64,000 nt of DNA from the sequence record NC_101835.1; one strand, given 5' to 3'. Under the pieces are notes generated by a model. That model did not search any database, was not told the DNA's origin, and worked only from the letters and a program-made list of their open reading frames with translations. The DNA comes from a phage. This document shows positions 47,525 through 57,488 of the stretch, piece after piece. Position 1 is the first letter of the stretch. The number at the start of each line of letters is the position of its first letter. Position numbers and translations under genes: made by a program.

Positions 47525-47794
47525 ATGAAAATTAAATTATTCCAAACTGAGCTGGCAGACAAAAATTGTGGACTGGTTGAAGGCATGATTGTTGAAGCAC
47601 AACCAGTGGACTATATGAAGGTGGTTCGTGATGCCCTAGGTGAAGGTTTTGATCTGATGGAGCCAGCTCTGCGAGAAGATGTTATCGAGATGGCTAAAAA
47701 GCACACACCTGAAGGTTTGGTGGTGTTTGTTGCACCGGGTAACGGAGAAGAGTTGATTGTAACTCCTGATGTGTATGAGATTGTAGAGGAATAA
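47525..47794 (+). CDS. small acidic protein, paralog family A
   Basis: MKIKLF..., C-terminal YEIVEE. Confidence 0.4.
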   Translation: MKIKLFQTELADKNCGLVEGMIVEAQPVDYMKVVRDALGEGFDLMEPALREDVIEMAKKHTPEGLVVFVAPGNGEELIVTPDVYEIVEE

Positions 47795-47885
47795 TCCTGC
47801 TTGGATTAGCATACTTCCTCGCTAAGGAAGATTTGTAATTATTTGTGGGAAAGGAGTCCCAATCTCTTACCAGAGGTGATACTAT

Positions 47886-48149
47886 ATGATTGTTTATTTT
47901 AAAACTTCAGGTGGATACCCTGATTCTCAAAGCTTGATCGGAAAAACGTGCACAGCATACTCACCTCTTGATGAGGAGGTAAGCGATATTTTACGAAATA
48001 TGTATCGGATTGACCCCCAAGAAGCCTTTGATCAAAACCTTGTATTTGTCAAGGGCTCAGATATGAAGTCTTTGGGAGCATTCCCTGAAGCAGATGATGA
48101 TGCCGTTTATTCGTTCATGACTCCTTTTGAAGCTATGGTTGTTGGGTGA
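47886..48149 (+). CDS. small acidic protein, paralog family A
   Basis: VFVKGSDMKSLGA, C-terminal acidic. Confidence 0.4.
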   Translation: MIVYFKTSGGYPDSQSLIGKTCTAYSPLDEEVSDILRNMYRIDPQEAFDQNLVFVKGSDMKSLGAFPEADDDAVYSFMTPFEAMVVG

Positions 48150-48153
48150 TAAT

Positions 48154-48486
48154 ATGAAAGTACGCTTTATTGGTGAAACAATTCCTGTGCATCTCCGGTC
48201 GCCTGAGGATTCTGCAGATCTTGCATCTCAAAAGGCGAGAGGTTATGATAAGAAAGTAACCTCAACCGATGTAGTGCTTGAGGCTACTAGTCTACCTGAC
48301 CCTGCTGCATTCTTTAATCATTATGGGTACTATTTCAGCAATCTGATGAATATCGGTGAGCTTGTGTTTATTAGTGGTGGAGAAATTGTTAGCAAGCTTG
48401 GCGGCGATCCGGATATCTTTCATGAAACCTGTCCTTTTGCATTTGTGGTAGGTTCAGATGTGGAAGTTATTGAGGAGGTGCGGTAA
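48154..48486 (+). CDS. small acidic protein, paralog family A; start at internal MKVRF
   Basis: VFISGGEIVSKLG, C-terminal VEVIEEVR. Confidence 0.35.
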   Translation: MKVRFIGETIPVHLRSPEDSADLASQKARGYDKKVTSTDVVLEATSLPDPAAFFNHYGYYFSNLMNIGELVFISGGEIVSKLGGDPDIFHETCPFAFVVGSDVEVIEEVR

Positions 48487-48881
48487 TGGTAAGCCTATAC
48501 CGTGTTGAGTATAGCTCAGATACTGTATACAACGTAAGAAGCAAAGATCGCAGCGACAGAGTGCAAGAAATGTATGTTCTTGCCGACAGTCCGTTATCTG
48601 CAGCGTTCAAGGCAGGGGCTCTTGCATCTCGTTGGAAATTTGAAGGTGGATCTTTCTATGAAGAAACCCTTGAAGATTCTGTTGTTATTTCTTCTGTAGA
48701 GGTTTCAGATGACTACGAAGGGAAAAAGTTCGTAATGCGGCACCCACACAGCAACATTGCGTACTACTGGGATGTTCTGAACAACGAGTGGACCCCAGAT
48801 CTTCAGAAGGCTACTGTGCTAACACCGTTTTTGGCAGATAAGTTCCCACCAGAAGGTAATTTATCCGCACTGTTTCAGTAA
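48486..48881 (+). CDS. hypothetical protein, paralog family B
   Basis: HPHSNIAYYWDVLNNEWTP segment shared with 46276..46674. Confidence 0.4.
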   Translation: MVSLYRVEYSSDTVYNVRSKDRSDRVQEMYVLADSPLSAAFKAGALASRWKFEGGSFYEETLEDSVVISSVEVSDDYEGKKFVMRHPHSNIAYYWDVLNNEWTPDLQKATVLTPFLADKFPPEGNLSALFQ

Positions 48882-48957
48882 TTTTCTTGCACACAGGTGT
48901 TGACAACGCCAACCCTGTGTGAAATAATACCTTCATCTTAATAAGACAGGGGACCGA

Positions 48958-49218
48958 TTGATGAAGATTAAATTGAAAAACCTTGAAACGGCAGAGATTC
49001 AGGACGGTGTTGATTTCCGTTCTAAAGATGGTGACATCTTAGAGGTAAATATTCCAACCTACGAGCTGATTAAAGGTTTTGGCAACGTTCCGGAAGAGGA
49101 TATTACAGAAATTCTTATGATGTTGATTCTTGACGGAACTGTGTTTGTAGGTGAAGGTGAGAACGCTATTGCAATCCCAGGCCATTTTTATGAAGTAGTT
49201 GACGAAGAGGTGCTGTAA
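48958..49218 (+). CDS. small acidic protein, paralog family A
   Basis: MKIKLKNL..., C-terminal YEVVDEEVL. Confidence 0.4.
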   Translation: MMKIKLKNLETAEIQDGVDFRSKDGDILEVNIPTYELIKGFGNVPEEDITEILMMLILDGTVFVGEGENAIAIPGHFYEVVDEEVL

Positions 49219-49569
49219 ATGAAAGTAGAAATTACCGGTTTTGATGTGAATGTGGTTCCGGAAGATATTTTAGCTAAACTTCCAGAAGGTTTTGGTAACG
49301 GCGTTGTGGTGGATGCTGTTCCTCCTACCAAAGACATTCTGCTGCAGTATGGTGTAGCAGAGGAAGATGTCGATAAAGTTCTTACAATGATGGCAATCGA
49401 TCGTGTTGTCGTTGTTAAAGGTCTCGATAATTTTGAGAGTGATCCCTTGATTATTCGTGGAGATGACTACAAAATCATCGATAATGAAGGCCAAGAGTTC
49501 TATGAACCTTGTGCAGAAGATATTCTTAACTTATTACTGGAAGCAGGTACCGAAGAGGAGGACGAATAA
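49219..49569 (+). CDS. small acidic protein, paralog family A
   Basis: MKVEITGFDV..., VVVVKGLD, acidic tail. Confidence 0.4.
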   Translation: MKVEITGFDVNVVPEDILAKLPEGFGNGVVVDAVPPTKDILLQYGVAEEDVDKVLTMMAIDRVVVVKGLDNFESDPLIIRGDDYKIIDNEGQEFYEPCAEDILNLLLEAGTEEEDE

Positions 49570-49898
49570 TGAAGATTGACCCGTTACTGAAGGCTCGTGC
49601 AGAAAAAGCGTACACCATTAAGCTGACCAACCTGGTTCCTACTTGTCATCCAGATGTAGGTTGGCCTGAAGGTCTGGTAGAGGGGACTGTAACAGCTGCA
49701 TACCTCCCTAACATCAAATACCTCATGGAAATCTTGGAGCTGGATGAGGAAACGGCAGAAGAGTTCCAGTTGGACATGAAACAAAGTGGGACTCTGGTTA
49801 TTCACGGGTGGTACAATACTAGAGATGCAGAAGACCCTCTGGTAACTTCTAATCTGGCATATGAAATCTTAGGGCCTTTGAACCTGGAGGAAGACTAA
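49569..49898 (+). CDS. small acidic protein, possible family A member
   Basis: Coupled ORF; acidic; YEILGPL near C-terminus. Confidence 0.35.
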   Translation: MKIDPLLKARAEKAYTIKLTNLVPTCHPDVGWPEGLVEGTVTAAYLPNIKYLMEILELDEETAEEFQLDMKQSGTLVIHGWYNTRDAEDPLVTSNLAYEILGPLNLEED

Positions 49899-50185
49899 TG
49901 AAAGATCTGGTTAAGATTAAGATTAAAGATACCAATGGAGAACTCAGTCATTTTGGAATTAATGATGGTGACGAGCTGATCGCACACCTGCCTACCAAGG
50001 AGGTTGTAAGCAAAGCAGTTGCCGGAGAAGAAGCTGCAATGCAGGCTGCAGGTGTGGATGAAAACTATGTAGCTATGTGCATGTGCCGAGATCAGGTTGT
50101 TCTGTATAAAGCGTATCGACCAAACGGAGCCACGGAGTGGCTTGTATTCCGACCCGAAGGATATGAAATCTTAGAGGCACTATGA
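49898..50185 (+). CDS. small acidic protein, possible family A member
   Basis: Coupled ORF; C-terminal YEILEAL. Confidence 0.35.
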   Translation: MKDLVKIKIKDTNGELSHFGINDGDELIAHLPTKEVVSKAVAGEEAAMQAAGVDENYVAMCMCRDQVVLYKAYRPNGATEWLVFRPEGYEILEAL

Positions 50186-50274
50186 TAAATCTTGCCAAGG
50201 TTGCAACGGCACTGTTAGTTATTTGCTGGTCTGTAACCTTAACACTGTGTCTTGTATTTCAGTGAGGTGCTTGT

Positions 50275-50538
50275 ATGAACATCCTGATGTGGGTTATAGC
50301 AGTGGCGTTTGTTGCATGTTTTTGCTGCTGGGTTGCGGTGAGGATTTCTGTAGCTACCCTTCGGAAGTTGGGGTTCTCAGAATGGGATATTAATATCCTT
50401 TCTTTTCGCAATGAAACAATCTCAGCCGCCCTGCTTTGTAAGAAATTTAAGTGGGAACCTTGTGAGGTCATGAGCTATCTAAGAACAGGCGATATCCCTG
50501 AAAGATTTAAAAAAGTTCTTGACGGCAAGGATAAATGA
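50275..50538 (+). CDS. small membrane protein (87 aa)
   Basis: N-terminal TM helix. Confidence 0.35.
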   Translation: MNILMWVIAVAFVACFCCWVAVRISVATLRKLGFSEWDINILSFRNETISAALLCKKFKWEPCEVMSYLRTGDIPERFKKVLDGKDK

Positions 50539-50693
50539 CAGTATAGTGACTAACAAGAGGTGAGGAATGACTGATTTTACTGAAGCTTTAATGATGGCCT
50601 TGTCTGTTTTAGCGCTATCGGTGTGTTTTGGGGCGTTATTCACATCTCTGGTTAAAGTTTTACATACAGTATTATTACCCAAGGAGCGCAGTA

Positions 50694-50945
50694 ATGACGA
50701 AGATTGACTTAAATGCTGGAGACCATGTTGTTGTCAAATGCATCGGAGATTATCTTGGATTCACAATCGGCAATACTTACGAGGCGGTAGTGGCGAAGGT
50801 TTACCATGATAAAGTCCTCAGTCTTGTATTTGACTGCGATGATGATGGGGATGACCGATACGTCTGTGAGGTGCTGGCACGAGACGATAGTGAAGACCAG
50901 AAATTCCTGGTTATTGAACTGAACGGTATTTTTGTAGAACGTTAA
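50694..50945 (+). CDS. hypothetical protein (83 aa)
   Basis: Internal ATG of ORF 50628..50945 with AAGGAG RBS. Confidence 0.35.
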   Translation: MTKIDLNAGDHVVVKCIGDYLGFTIGNTYEAVVAKVYHDKVLSLVFDCDDDGDDRYVCEVLARDDSEDQKFLVIELNGIFVER

Positions 50946-50973
50946 TTTAAAACAACATAAGGAGACTCTTACT

Positions 50974-51279
50974 ATGGCTAAATCTAAAGTTGAACTGTTC
51001 ACCTCTCTTCCTTCTGACACTGCAGAGCGTGATCGCCTTCGCAAAACAATCGAAGAACTGGTAGAACTCCAACTTCAGATTAAAGATCTGAAAGATGCCA
51101 TTAAGGATATCATTCTCGTTGAGAAGCAGGATCACCTGTATTCTCCTAAATTCATCAAATCTCTGGTGGCTACCGAGTTCGATATTCGCTATGAGGCTGA
51201 AAAACGTCGCGCTAAAATCGAAGAAGAGGTTGAGCACATGTCTGAGGCAGACATTCTGTTCAAACGCTCTGTAGAATAA
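50974..51279 (+). CDS. hypothetical coiled-coil protein (101 aa)
   Basis: AAGGAGA RBS; followed by strong terminator. Confidence 0.4.
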   Translation: MAKSKVELFTSLPSDTAERDRLRKTIEELVELQLQIKDLKDAIKDIILVEKQDHLYSPKFIKSLVATEFDIRYEAEKRRAKIEEEVEHMSEADILFKRSVE

Positions 51280-51285
51280 TGACAA

Positions 51286-51312
51286 AGAGGGGGGCTTGGG
51301 CCCCTCTTTTTA
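51286..51312 (+). terminator. rho-independent terminator
   Basis: AGAGGGG-ggcttggg-CCCCTCT then TTTT. Confidence 0.55.
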
Positions 51313-51334
51313 CTATCTATGAAGGAGATTTGAG

Positions 51335-51661
51335 ATGGGTATACCGATTACTGTAAAAGAGCTAAATGAACGTGATGCAGGTGGTCTATGGCCTGCACGA
51401 AAAATCCGCTGCGTCTATATGAAAGAGAATCTTGAACATCTTGATCAACAGATAAAGGTCGGCGATATTTTCGAGGTCTTCTATTCCAATCGGCGCAACT
51501 GGGAAACCATTCAGCCTTCTGGTTTTGTTCTTGCCAAACTTGACACTGGAGAAGTGATTATCCCTGGGTTGGATATTGTCTTCGAAATTATCCAAGAGTG
51601 GGATCCGGATAAGATTAGATACGAAGAATTATTCGGTAAAGGTATTATCAAACCTGTGTGA
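51335..51661 (+). CDS. hypothetical protein (108 aa)
   Basis: GAAGGAGA RBS. Confidence 0.4.
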   Translation: MGIPITVKELNERDAGGLWPARKIRCVYMKENLEHLDQQIKVGDIFEVFYSNRRNWETIQPSGFVLAKLDTGEVIIPGLDIVFEIIQEWDPDKIRYEELFGKGIIKPV

Positions 51662-51969
51662 GGTGGATTATGTCTACAAAGGCGGCTAAATACTCCTATA
51701 TGCCATCAACCTCTGCAGAGGTAGACTTTAGTTTCGATGTGTTTCCACTGTTTGAGGTGGTTCTGGCATACCCAACAATACTAACTACTCCTGAATCACT
51801 TGTGCCTGTTAAGTTGCAGAACGCTATGCATTCTATGCACTACAACAATAAATGTAGGCACAGATGGTGTCAGGACGAGGAAAAAGATTTGGATAGTTTG
51901 AGAGATTTTGACAGTCACCTTTTGACACCTTTTAGCTACTCCAACCTTGATAAGCCCTCATGGGTATAG
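51658..51969 (+). CDS. hypothetical protein (103 aa)
   Basis: Coupled ORF. Confidence 0.35.
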   Translation: MRWIMSTKAAKYSYMPSTSAEVDFSFDVFPLFEVVLAYPTILTTPESLVPVKLQNAMHSMHYNNKCRHRWCQDEEKDLDSLRDFDSHLLTPFSYSNLDKPSWV

Positions 51970-51993
51970 CAAAATATCAAATTTAAGACACCT

Positions 51994-52020
51994 AGGACGC
52001 TCTGTGGCGTCCTTTTCTTT
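51994..52020 (+). terminator. rho-independent terminator
   Basis: AGGACGC-tctgtg-GCGTCCT then TTTTCTTT. Confidence 0.5.
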
Positions 52021-52182
52021 GTCTGGTGCACGATTGCATACCTTGGACAGATAATCTCGTTACAGAGCGTTTAAGAGCTTCCTACAAACAACTCCATATT
52101 TCGAGCGTAGCGAGAACGCACGTCCGTTTTGACCCAAATCACCATACGCTCGGATTTTAACCAAACCCTCGCGGCGTTTCTA

Positions 52183-52217
52183 TTGACACATTACAGCTCC
52201 AGTGATAATATCCACAC
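52183..52217 (+). promoter_or_regulatory. sigma70-like promoter
   Basis: TTGACA-N17-TAATAT. Confidence 0.4.
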
Positions 52218-52231
52218 ATCATTTGGAGAAT

Positions 52232-52333
52232 ATGGAATACACTATGAGAACATTGTCCGAAGTTTTAGTGGTGATCCTGATGATCATTACGTCCATAGCG
52301 GCTGTTGCCGGAATACTCACAGGTGGAACATGA
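52232..52333 (+). CDS. small transmembrane peptide (33 aa), tentative
   Basis: TGGAGA RBS; single hydrophobic helix; stop overlaps next ATG (ATGA). Confidence 0.25.
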   Translation: MEYTMRTLSEVLVVILMIITSIAAVAGILTGGT

Positions 52334-52542
52334 TCAACACACATGCATCTGAAGAGACATCCGAAGGAGTGACCATATGTCCCTTGGATGAGCCAGTTAA
52401 AGAGGAAAACTTAGATTCTGAGGACTCTTCATCTTCGTCCCAGACAGATCCTGAGGCTGATGACCTGACGTGGGAGGACATCGTAGATATCTGGTTCTCT
52501 ATTATGCCTGAGCACGAAGAGTTCAGAGGTGGTAGACTATGA
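52330..52542 (+). CDS. small highly acidic protein (70 aa)
   Basis: 3' part of ORF 52129..52542 from internal ATG; 5' part of that ORF spans the promoter and is judged non-coding. Confidence 0.3.
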   Translation: MINTHASEETSEGVTICPLDEPVKEENLDSEDSSSSSQTDPEADDLTWEDIVDIWFSIMPEHEEFRGGRL

Positions 52543-52661
52543 AGCACCGAGCCCACACAGGTTCCTCATGCTAAAGCATGGCCTGAAGAGGCAAACGTGC
52601 ATAATTCCTGCGCATTTGGACGTATAATCCTGTTCACACTCTCATTTCCAGAGGAGATTTT

Positions 52662-52877
52662 ATGAAGATAGAGATATTTGGTGGAGCTGACAACACTCGT
52701 GGCCTGATTTACCTTGAATTCGATGAATCATACCTGCCAGAGGTGTTAAATATAGACTCTGTTGCTGAGGCTTTGGGAGTAAACCCTAAAGAACTCCACT
52801 CTTGTGCTGAGATCGATGGTTGGGAAGAGACCATGAACATTGATTTCAGTGAAGTAGAGGATGAACCGCTGGACTGA
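52662..52877 (+). CDS. small acidic protein (71 aa)
   Basis: GAGGAGA RBS. Confidence 0.35.
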   Translation: MKIEIFGGADNTRGLIYLEFDESYLPEVLNIDSVAEALGVNPKELHSCAEIDGWEETMNIDFSEVEDEPLD

Positions 52878-53219
52878 CACACAATTAGCTGCCCGGCTAA
52901 AGTGCTGGAAGCACCTATAACACATCTTTCAACTAAATTTCCTACCACCACAATCACTTACCTCCCACACATGACTGTTTGCTTGTTTAGTGAGCAGTCA
53001 TGCCTTGACATTCTTGCCTATCCTGATAAAATTAAGTTCTTCTCTTTTCTTTTACCGAGTAATTCGGGTTTTCTGTTCTCTTCGGTTTGAAGGGGTATGG
53101 AGATACACCTGAGTGAACAGGGTGAACAACCGAACCTTTGGCTATGGCATTAGCATGGCGAAGCGGACGGGTGACGAAAGAGGGGCCGGAGGACACCAGT
53201 CACTGCCATATGATATATG

Positions 53220-53800
53220 GGTGATAACCTGAAGAGTCTGAATAAGTGTTTAAGTACCAGTCAGAGGAAAAGGTGAATGGTAGCCGAAGGGGGGAGGGGG
53301 GTTTCTTGTATCTTTAATTTGTATATTATGTATACACTTGTAAACCAATCTAATCTGAATCTGTTTACCACACAAAGCGGATAGAGACAAATATTGCCTA
53401 TTAAACTTGAATTATTTATAGAAAATACCACAACACTACTTAAGTCTTTGATTTTACACACAAATCCTGCAGATATTCACCCTCCATATTTAACATACTT
53501 GTAACATATTCCATACTCTACCTGCCCGATCAATTCACCCAACTACATCCCCATATTTTCCCTGTCTGTACTACCCCTGCCCCGCCGGGAGTCCCATCAT
53601 ATCTGGCTTTCCAGCAAATATCACACCCACAAATATCATTGCCTGAAGAGGGTTTCATCCCATAATACCTGCCTTACCTGAAGAGCGCTTCATACACCAC
53701 GTAAATTTTTTAATTGACCTCCCCCTGCCCCGCCGGAGAGGTTGGCTTTTCCCACACAGACCTGAAGAGTCAGCCAGAAATATCTGAATAGGCCCAATTC
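53220..53800. repeat. dispersed direct repeats in non-coding region (CCTGAAGAG x4; CCCTGCCCCGCCGG x2)
   Basis: CCTGAAGAG at ~53226, 53643, 53677, 53761; CCCTGCCCCGCCGG at ~53573 and ~53722. Confidence 0.5.
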
Positions 53801-54339
53801 TACCACGATTTTGACCTGACCTACAGGGAGGCCCGAAGGGTCTAGCTTTCAGCTAGAGTCCTTGCAGGACCTACAGGAGCGCTGCCAGGCGGACGGAATG
53901 GGAATACTTCTCATTCTTATAACAATTCTCAAATATCGAGGCAGTGAGAGAAATTAATAGGCCAGGCCGTTCACACAGTGGCACAACATTTGCAACCTAT
54001 TTTGTGTGGATGAATGAGAATACCTATCATTATGAGAATAGTTATCATTACTGGCAATTTAACATAATACCCATTATGCGCACCACTGGCGATCCATACA
54101 GGGATTGATAACATGAGTTACTGTTTACGCATATAACAATTATATTTATTACTATTTGTGTTGGGTATAGTTAGCAGCCGATAGATTAGATATTGACCTG
54201 CAGACTTCCAACTGTCTAGACGTCTAAACGCCCACACAGCAAGGATTATACATACACAACTGAATGTAAACAGGGCCGCAAAAATGCTACCATACCAGAT
54301 TGTAAATTTTTCATGCAGCACTTGACAAAGAGGAGGAAA

Positions 54340-54760
54340 ACTTGTCTGACATACTGTGACATAATATGACATAATAGTGACACACTGGGCATACTCAACA
54401 CTGGATACAATAACAATTGTTACTATTGCATGCCTCACTGTTCACGCATAGATGATAAGCCATGCCATTCGTTTGCATGACAATAATTAACTTGTTTACA
54501 ATCTTTCACTGGCTATGCCAGGTGACCTTTGGTCACCCCTTCGGGTGTTTCTATGACATAATATAAAAGCAGGGCAACTATTAGAAGATCTATAGTTGCC
54601 TTGCTTGTTATGTCATGATTAACTAAATACAAGGCAACTATGATCTGATTAATAGATTGCAGACAAACTATCACGGGGGTGATGGTTACTGCTTTTATAT
54701 TATGTCGCGACTCCGTCGCGCCATGCCATTCGTTTGCATAGTTGCCTTATTGTTACAGGT
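54340..54760. repeat. iteron/palindrome cluster, candidate replication origin or regulatory hub
   Basis: Tandem TGACATAAT-type 10-bp repeats (~54343-54375) plus inverted copies near 54553 and 54688; 20-bp direct repeat CCATGCCATTCGTTTGCAT at 54462 and 54722; palindrome GGCAACTAT...ATAGTTGCC. Confidence 0.5.
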
Positions 54761-55350
54761 AAAATAATTACATTATTAATTATTTCTTATCTTTCTCTTA
54801 GTCATCTAATGATTCCAGTCAGTATAGTAATGTACAGTAAACATTAGACGACTAAATATTTCTCTGTTTATGATAACTCACCGTGACAATTTCGGACTGT
54901 TTACGAAAAATGTTGACACCTAAGCTGATTTATGTTATGCAGTTTACACGAATAATTATTTTATGCAGGTATTGACTATTCCGTTATTCTGTGGTTGGAA
55001 TAAATACTTTGCAGGCTATAGAATGGCGTGCGTACATGAATTCTGAGATCTGGCGGCTATAGTTATACTCGATTTTTCACGTAGAACACGCTTTTTAGTT
55101 TGTGTAAGTGTATGACTTATAAGAATTTTTACTTGTTGACAAGATATTGAAGATCTGCATCAGGTTAAAATTTGTGCAATAGCTGCATTACGTGCAATTT
55201 TGGAAGGGAAAACGGGTAAAAATAGCCCTGCTACCACACAATGAAAAGTTATGCAATAGTTATTTTACATGTATATTTGTACAGTGTGTGGGGTTGATGG
55301 CTCGTCAATTATTCCACTTGCCAGGTAGGGCCGTTTATGGTAGGAGAAGA

Positions 55351-55380
55351 GCAGACAAAAAGAAAGGGGCCTAAGCCCCT
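55351..55380 (-). terminator. rho-independent terminator for minus-strand block (possibly bidirectional)
   Basis: AGGGGC-ctaa-GCCCCT hairpin; T-run on minus strand after the stop of gene 55400..55819. Confidence 0.5.
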
Positions 55381-55399
55381 TGATAATTCAGTTAAAAAA

Positions 55400-55819
55400 T
55401 TATAATGATTCGTATATTTCAAAAATCCGATTTGCCAGGTCGTTACGGTAGCGGAATTTTTCCTCACGTTTGATCATAAGATCTTTATAGCCGTACTCTT
55501 TAAGCACTTCATTAACTTTATGGCGGCATACTTTCATATTATCCTGCGCGTCACCAATAAATCTGTTGCTATGGTGCATGGCTTTAATTTCTTCTTCCAG
55601 GACCAGGGCAACTATGCGGACCGGATCAAGCTGATAGGCGGTAACATCCATGCGGCATTGTAAACGGCTTTTTACGTCTGCCACCGGATATACTGCAACC
55701 TCTTCCCCGTCAACATTGACAATAATTAGTTTACCATCGATTTCGAATCCTTTCGCCGCCGGACCGTGACAAAAAGCGTTATCAAAGCTATATGCCGGAT
55801 TATTAGATTTAATGTTCAT
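55400..55819 (-). CDS. hypothetical protein (139 aa)
   Basis: AAGAGGTAAA RBS. Confidence 0.45.
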   Translation of the reverse strand: MNIKSNNPAYSFDNAFCHGPAAKGFEIDGKLIIVNVDGEEVAVYPVADVKSRLQCRMDVTAYQLDPVRIVALVLEEEIKAMHHSNRFIGDAQDNMKVCRHKVNEVLKEYGYKDLMIKREEKFRYRNDLANRIFEIYESL

Positions 55820-55963
55820 GGTGTTTTTACCTCTTAGTTAATTTTCTTACAACTTCCCTTCAAAAAAGAATATAGCAAAACTGCCGATCCCTGTCAACCA
55901 GGGATAGCATAATTTTTATGTGATCAAGGGGCTTTATTGCCCCTGACCATGTAACTTGTTGTA

Positions 55964-56227
55964 TTATTTGTTGCTCATCCAGTTTTCCCAAGCTGCCTGA
56001 TAATCTGCCTCACTACGGCGGATCTCTTCTTGCTCTTCAAGGCGGATCTCTTCTTCCAGGTACCCCAAGATGTCAGCCTTTTTAGTCTGGCGCAGCATCC
56101 AGTCATCTTTTTTGCGAGTGAAGATCTTATAAGCTTTCTCGCAAACCTCTTTTTTGCTACCTTTCTGGACTTCAAGAACACGATAAGCCATATATTGAAC
56201 TAATTTGAGCTGATCAAGACGTTTCAT
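55964..56227 (-). CDS. hypothetical protein (87 aa)
   Basis: AAGAGGTAAA RBS. Confidence 0.4.
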   Translation of the reverse strand: MKRLDQLKLVQYMAYRVLEVQKGSKKEVCEKAYKIFTRKKDDWMLRQTKKADILGYLEEEIRLEEQEEIRRSEADYQAAWENWMSNK

Positions 56228-56287
56228 GATGTTTACCTCTTTGTGCGGTTCTGATTAGTGGGCCTTTTGGCCCGTGTCATTATCTTA

Positions 56288-56560
56288 TTACTTATGGCGG
56301 CAGAATTCAAGCGTTTTTAATTGATAATCTTCCTCAGCTTGGAGTACGACCGCCTCGATCATTTCGTTGGCATTGTTAAAGCCATAACCTTTAGCGAACT
56401 CATCCGCGCCACCTTCGTGATCATGTTCTGCGTTCATCGCTTCCACAAAATGGAATTCCAAATTGTTGAGGTAGGGGCTTGATGTTCCGTCCTCTTTTTC
56501 GATGAGATCCCAAATAGCATTAAAACGTGATTCGACTTCTTGATTAATCCAGCTTGACAT
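56288..56560 (-). CDS. hypothetical acidic protein (90 aa)
   Basis: 5' UTR hairpin GGGGCAAAAGTGCCC then GGAGAGAGGAA RBS. Confidence 0.4.
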   Translation of the reverse strand: MSSWINQEVESRFNAIWDLIEKEDGTSSPYLNNLEFHFVEAMNAEHDHEGGADEFAKGYGFNNANEMIEAVVLQAEEDYQLKTLEFCRHK

Positions 56561-56771
56561 AGTGTTTTCCTCTCTCCTGGTTGTTGTGTGGGCACTTTTG
56601 CCCCTTCAAGATAAATGTTACCCCACCCCATGGCAGATGTCAACGGTTTTTATAGTTCTTATATGACAGGCAGGCCCGGTGATTGTCTCCCCCCGTCGCC
56701 AGGTGCCTGCCGTGAAACAAGTATAACAAAAAACAGGACCATTGCAAGCCCTGTTTTGTAGTTTATAAATA

Positions 56772-56963
56772 TTATATTTTTTCGCCTATGTAGTCCGGTC
56801 GGTTTTTCTCTGTCATGCGCTTTAGCAATTCTTGCATGTTGCTTATGGCTTGTAGTGTATCCCCTTCCAGGCTTGAATCGACATAATCAGGATCGTCTAT
56901 GACCTTTCTATGATTATGATAACGCAGTACCGCCAATACCTTTCTGACTTGTTCGATATTCAT
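56772..56963 (-). CDS. hypothetical protein (63 aa)
   Basis: ORF on block strand. Confidence 0.3.
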   Translation of the reverse strand: MNIEQVRKVLAVLRYHNHRKVIDDPDYVDSSLEGDTLQAISNMQELLKRMTEKNRPDYIGEKI

Positions 56964-57112
56964 TTTTACCGCTCTTTAAAACAAGGTGCCAACCGTTTCC
57001 AATAGATCACTGACTGCCAGGACAATACCGATCAGCACATATCTAACCATAAGGGGAAAGAGCGCCAATATTGCCACCACAATCCCCAAGGTGATAATTA
57101 TCTTTCTCATGG

Positions 57113-57406
57113 TTAACGGTTCACGTAAGTTTTCCCGTTCACGGTTATGGGCAGATCCTCCAGGTCTGGATCTTCCTTAAGGTCGCGAGCAAGCTCACCG
57201 CACCGGATACCCTCGAATCCGTAGTACTCTGTTGTGCCGTCCTTAAAAGTTTTAGCGGCAAGGCATAAGCGATAAGTAACCCCGATTTGATTGACGGCAT
57301 GAATATCCGTTAGATTAACCTCTTTTGCCAGCTCTTTAGCCATTACAGGCGCATTAAGTCCAACAACCAGGGCAACCACTGCGATCATCTTTTTCATTGT
57401 GTCCAT
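57113..57406 (-). CDS. small secreted/periplasmic protein (97 aa)
   Basis: AAGAGGA RBS; N-terminal signal peptide MKKMIAVVALVVGLNAPVMA. Confidence 0.4.
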   Translation of the reverse strand: MDTMKKMIAVVALVVGLNAPVMAKELAKEVNLTDIHAVNQIGVTYRLCLAAKTFKDGTTEYYGFEGIRCGELARDLKEDPDLEDLPITVNGKTYVNR

Positions 57407-57488
57407 CCTCTTTCTGCTACGTTTAAGGCGGCGGTAACCGCCTGTTTATGCTTTGTTGGTTAATTTTCGGGTATAGGTATAAATTAAA

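Noticed and set aside
52129-52329. 5' part of ORF 52129..52542
   Set aside because: Would start upstream of and read through its own promoter (52183-52217); coding sequence is more likely the peptide at 52232 and the acidic protein from 52330
53261-55374. ORFs 53261..53461(-), 54118..54438(-), 55192..55374(+) in the large non-coding region
   Set aside because: No RBS, implausible products, and they span iteron and palindrome repeats; region treated as non-coding
53000-55400. Possible CRISPR array in the repeat-rich region
   Set aside because: Repeats are irregular in length and spacing, of several unrelated types, and include inverted copies; no cas genes in the window
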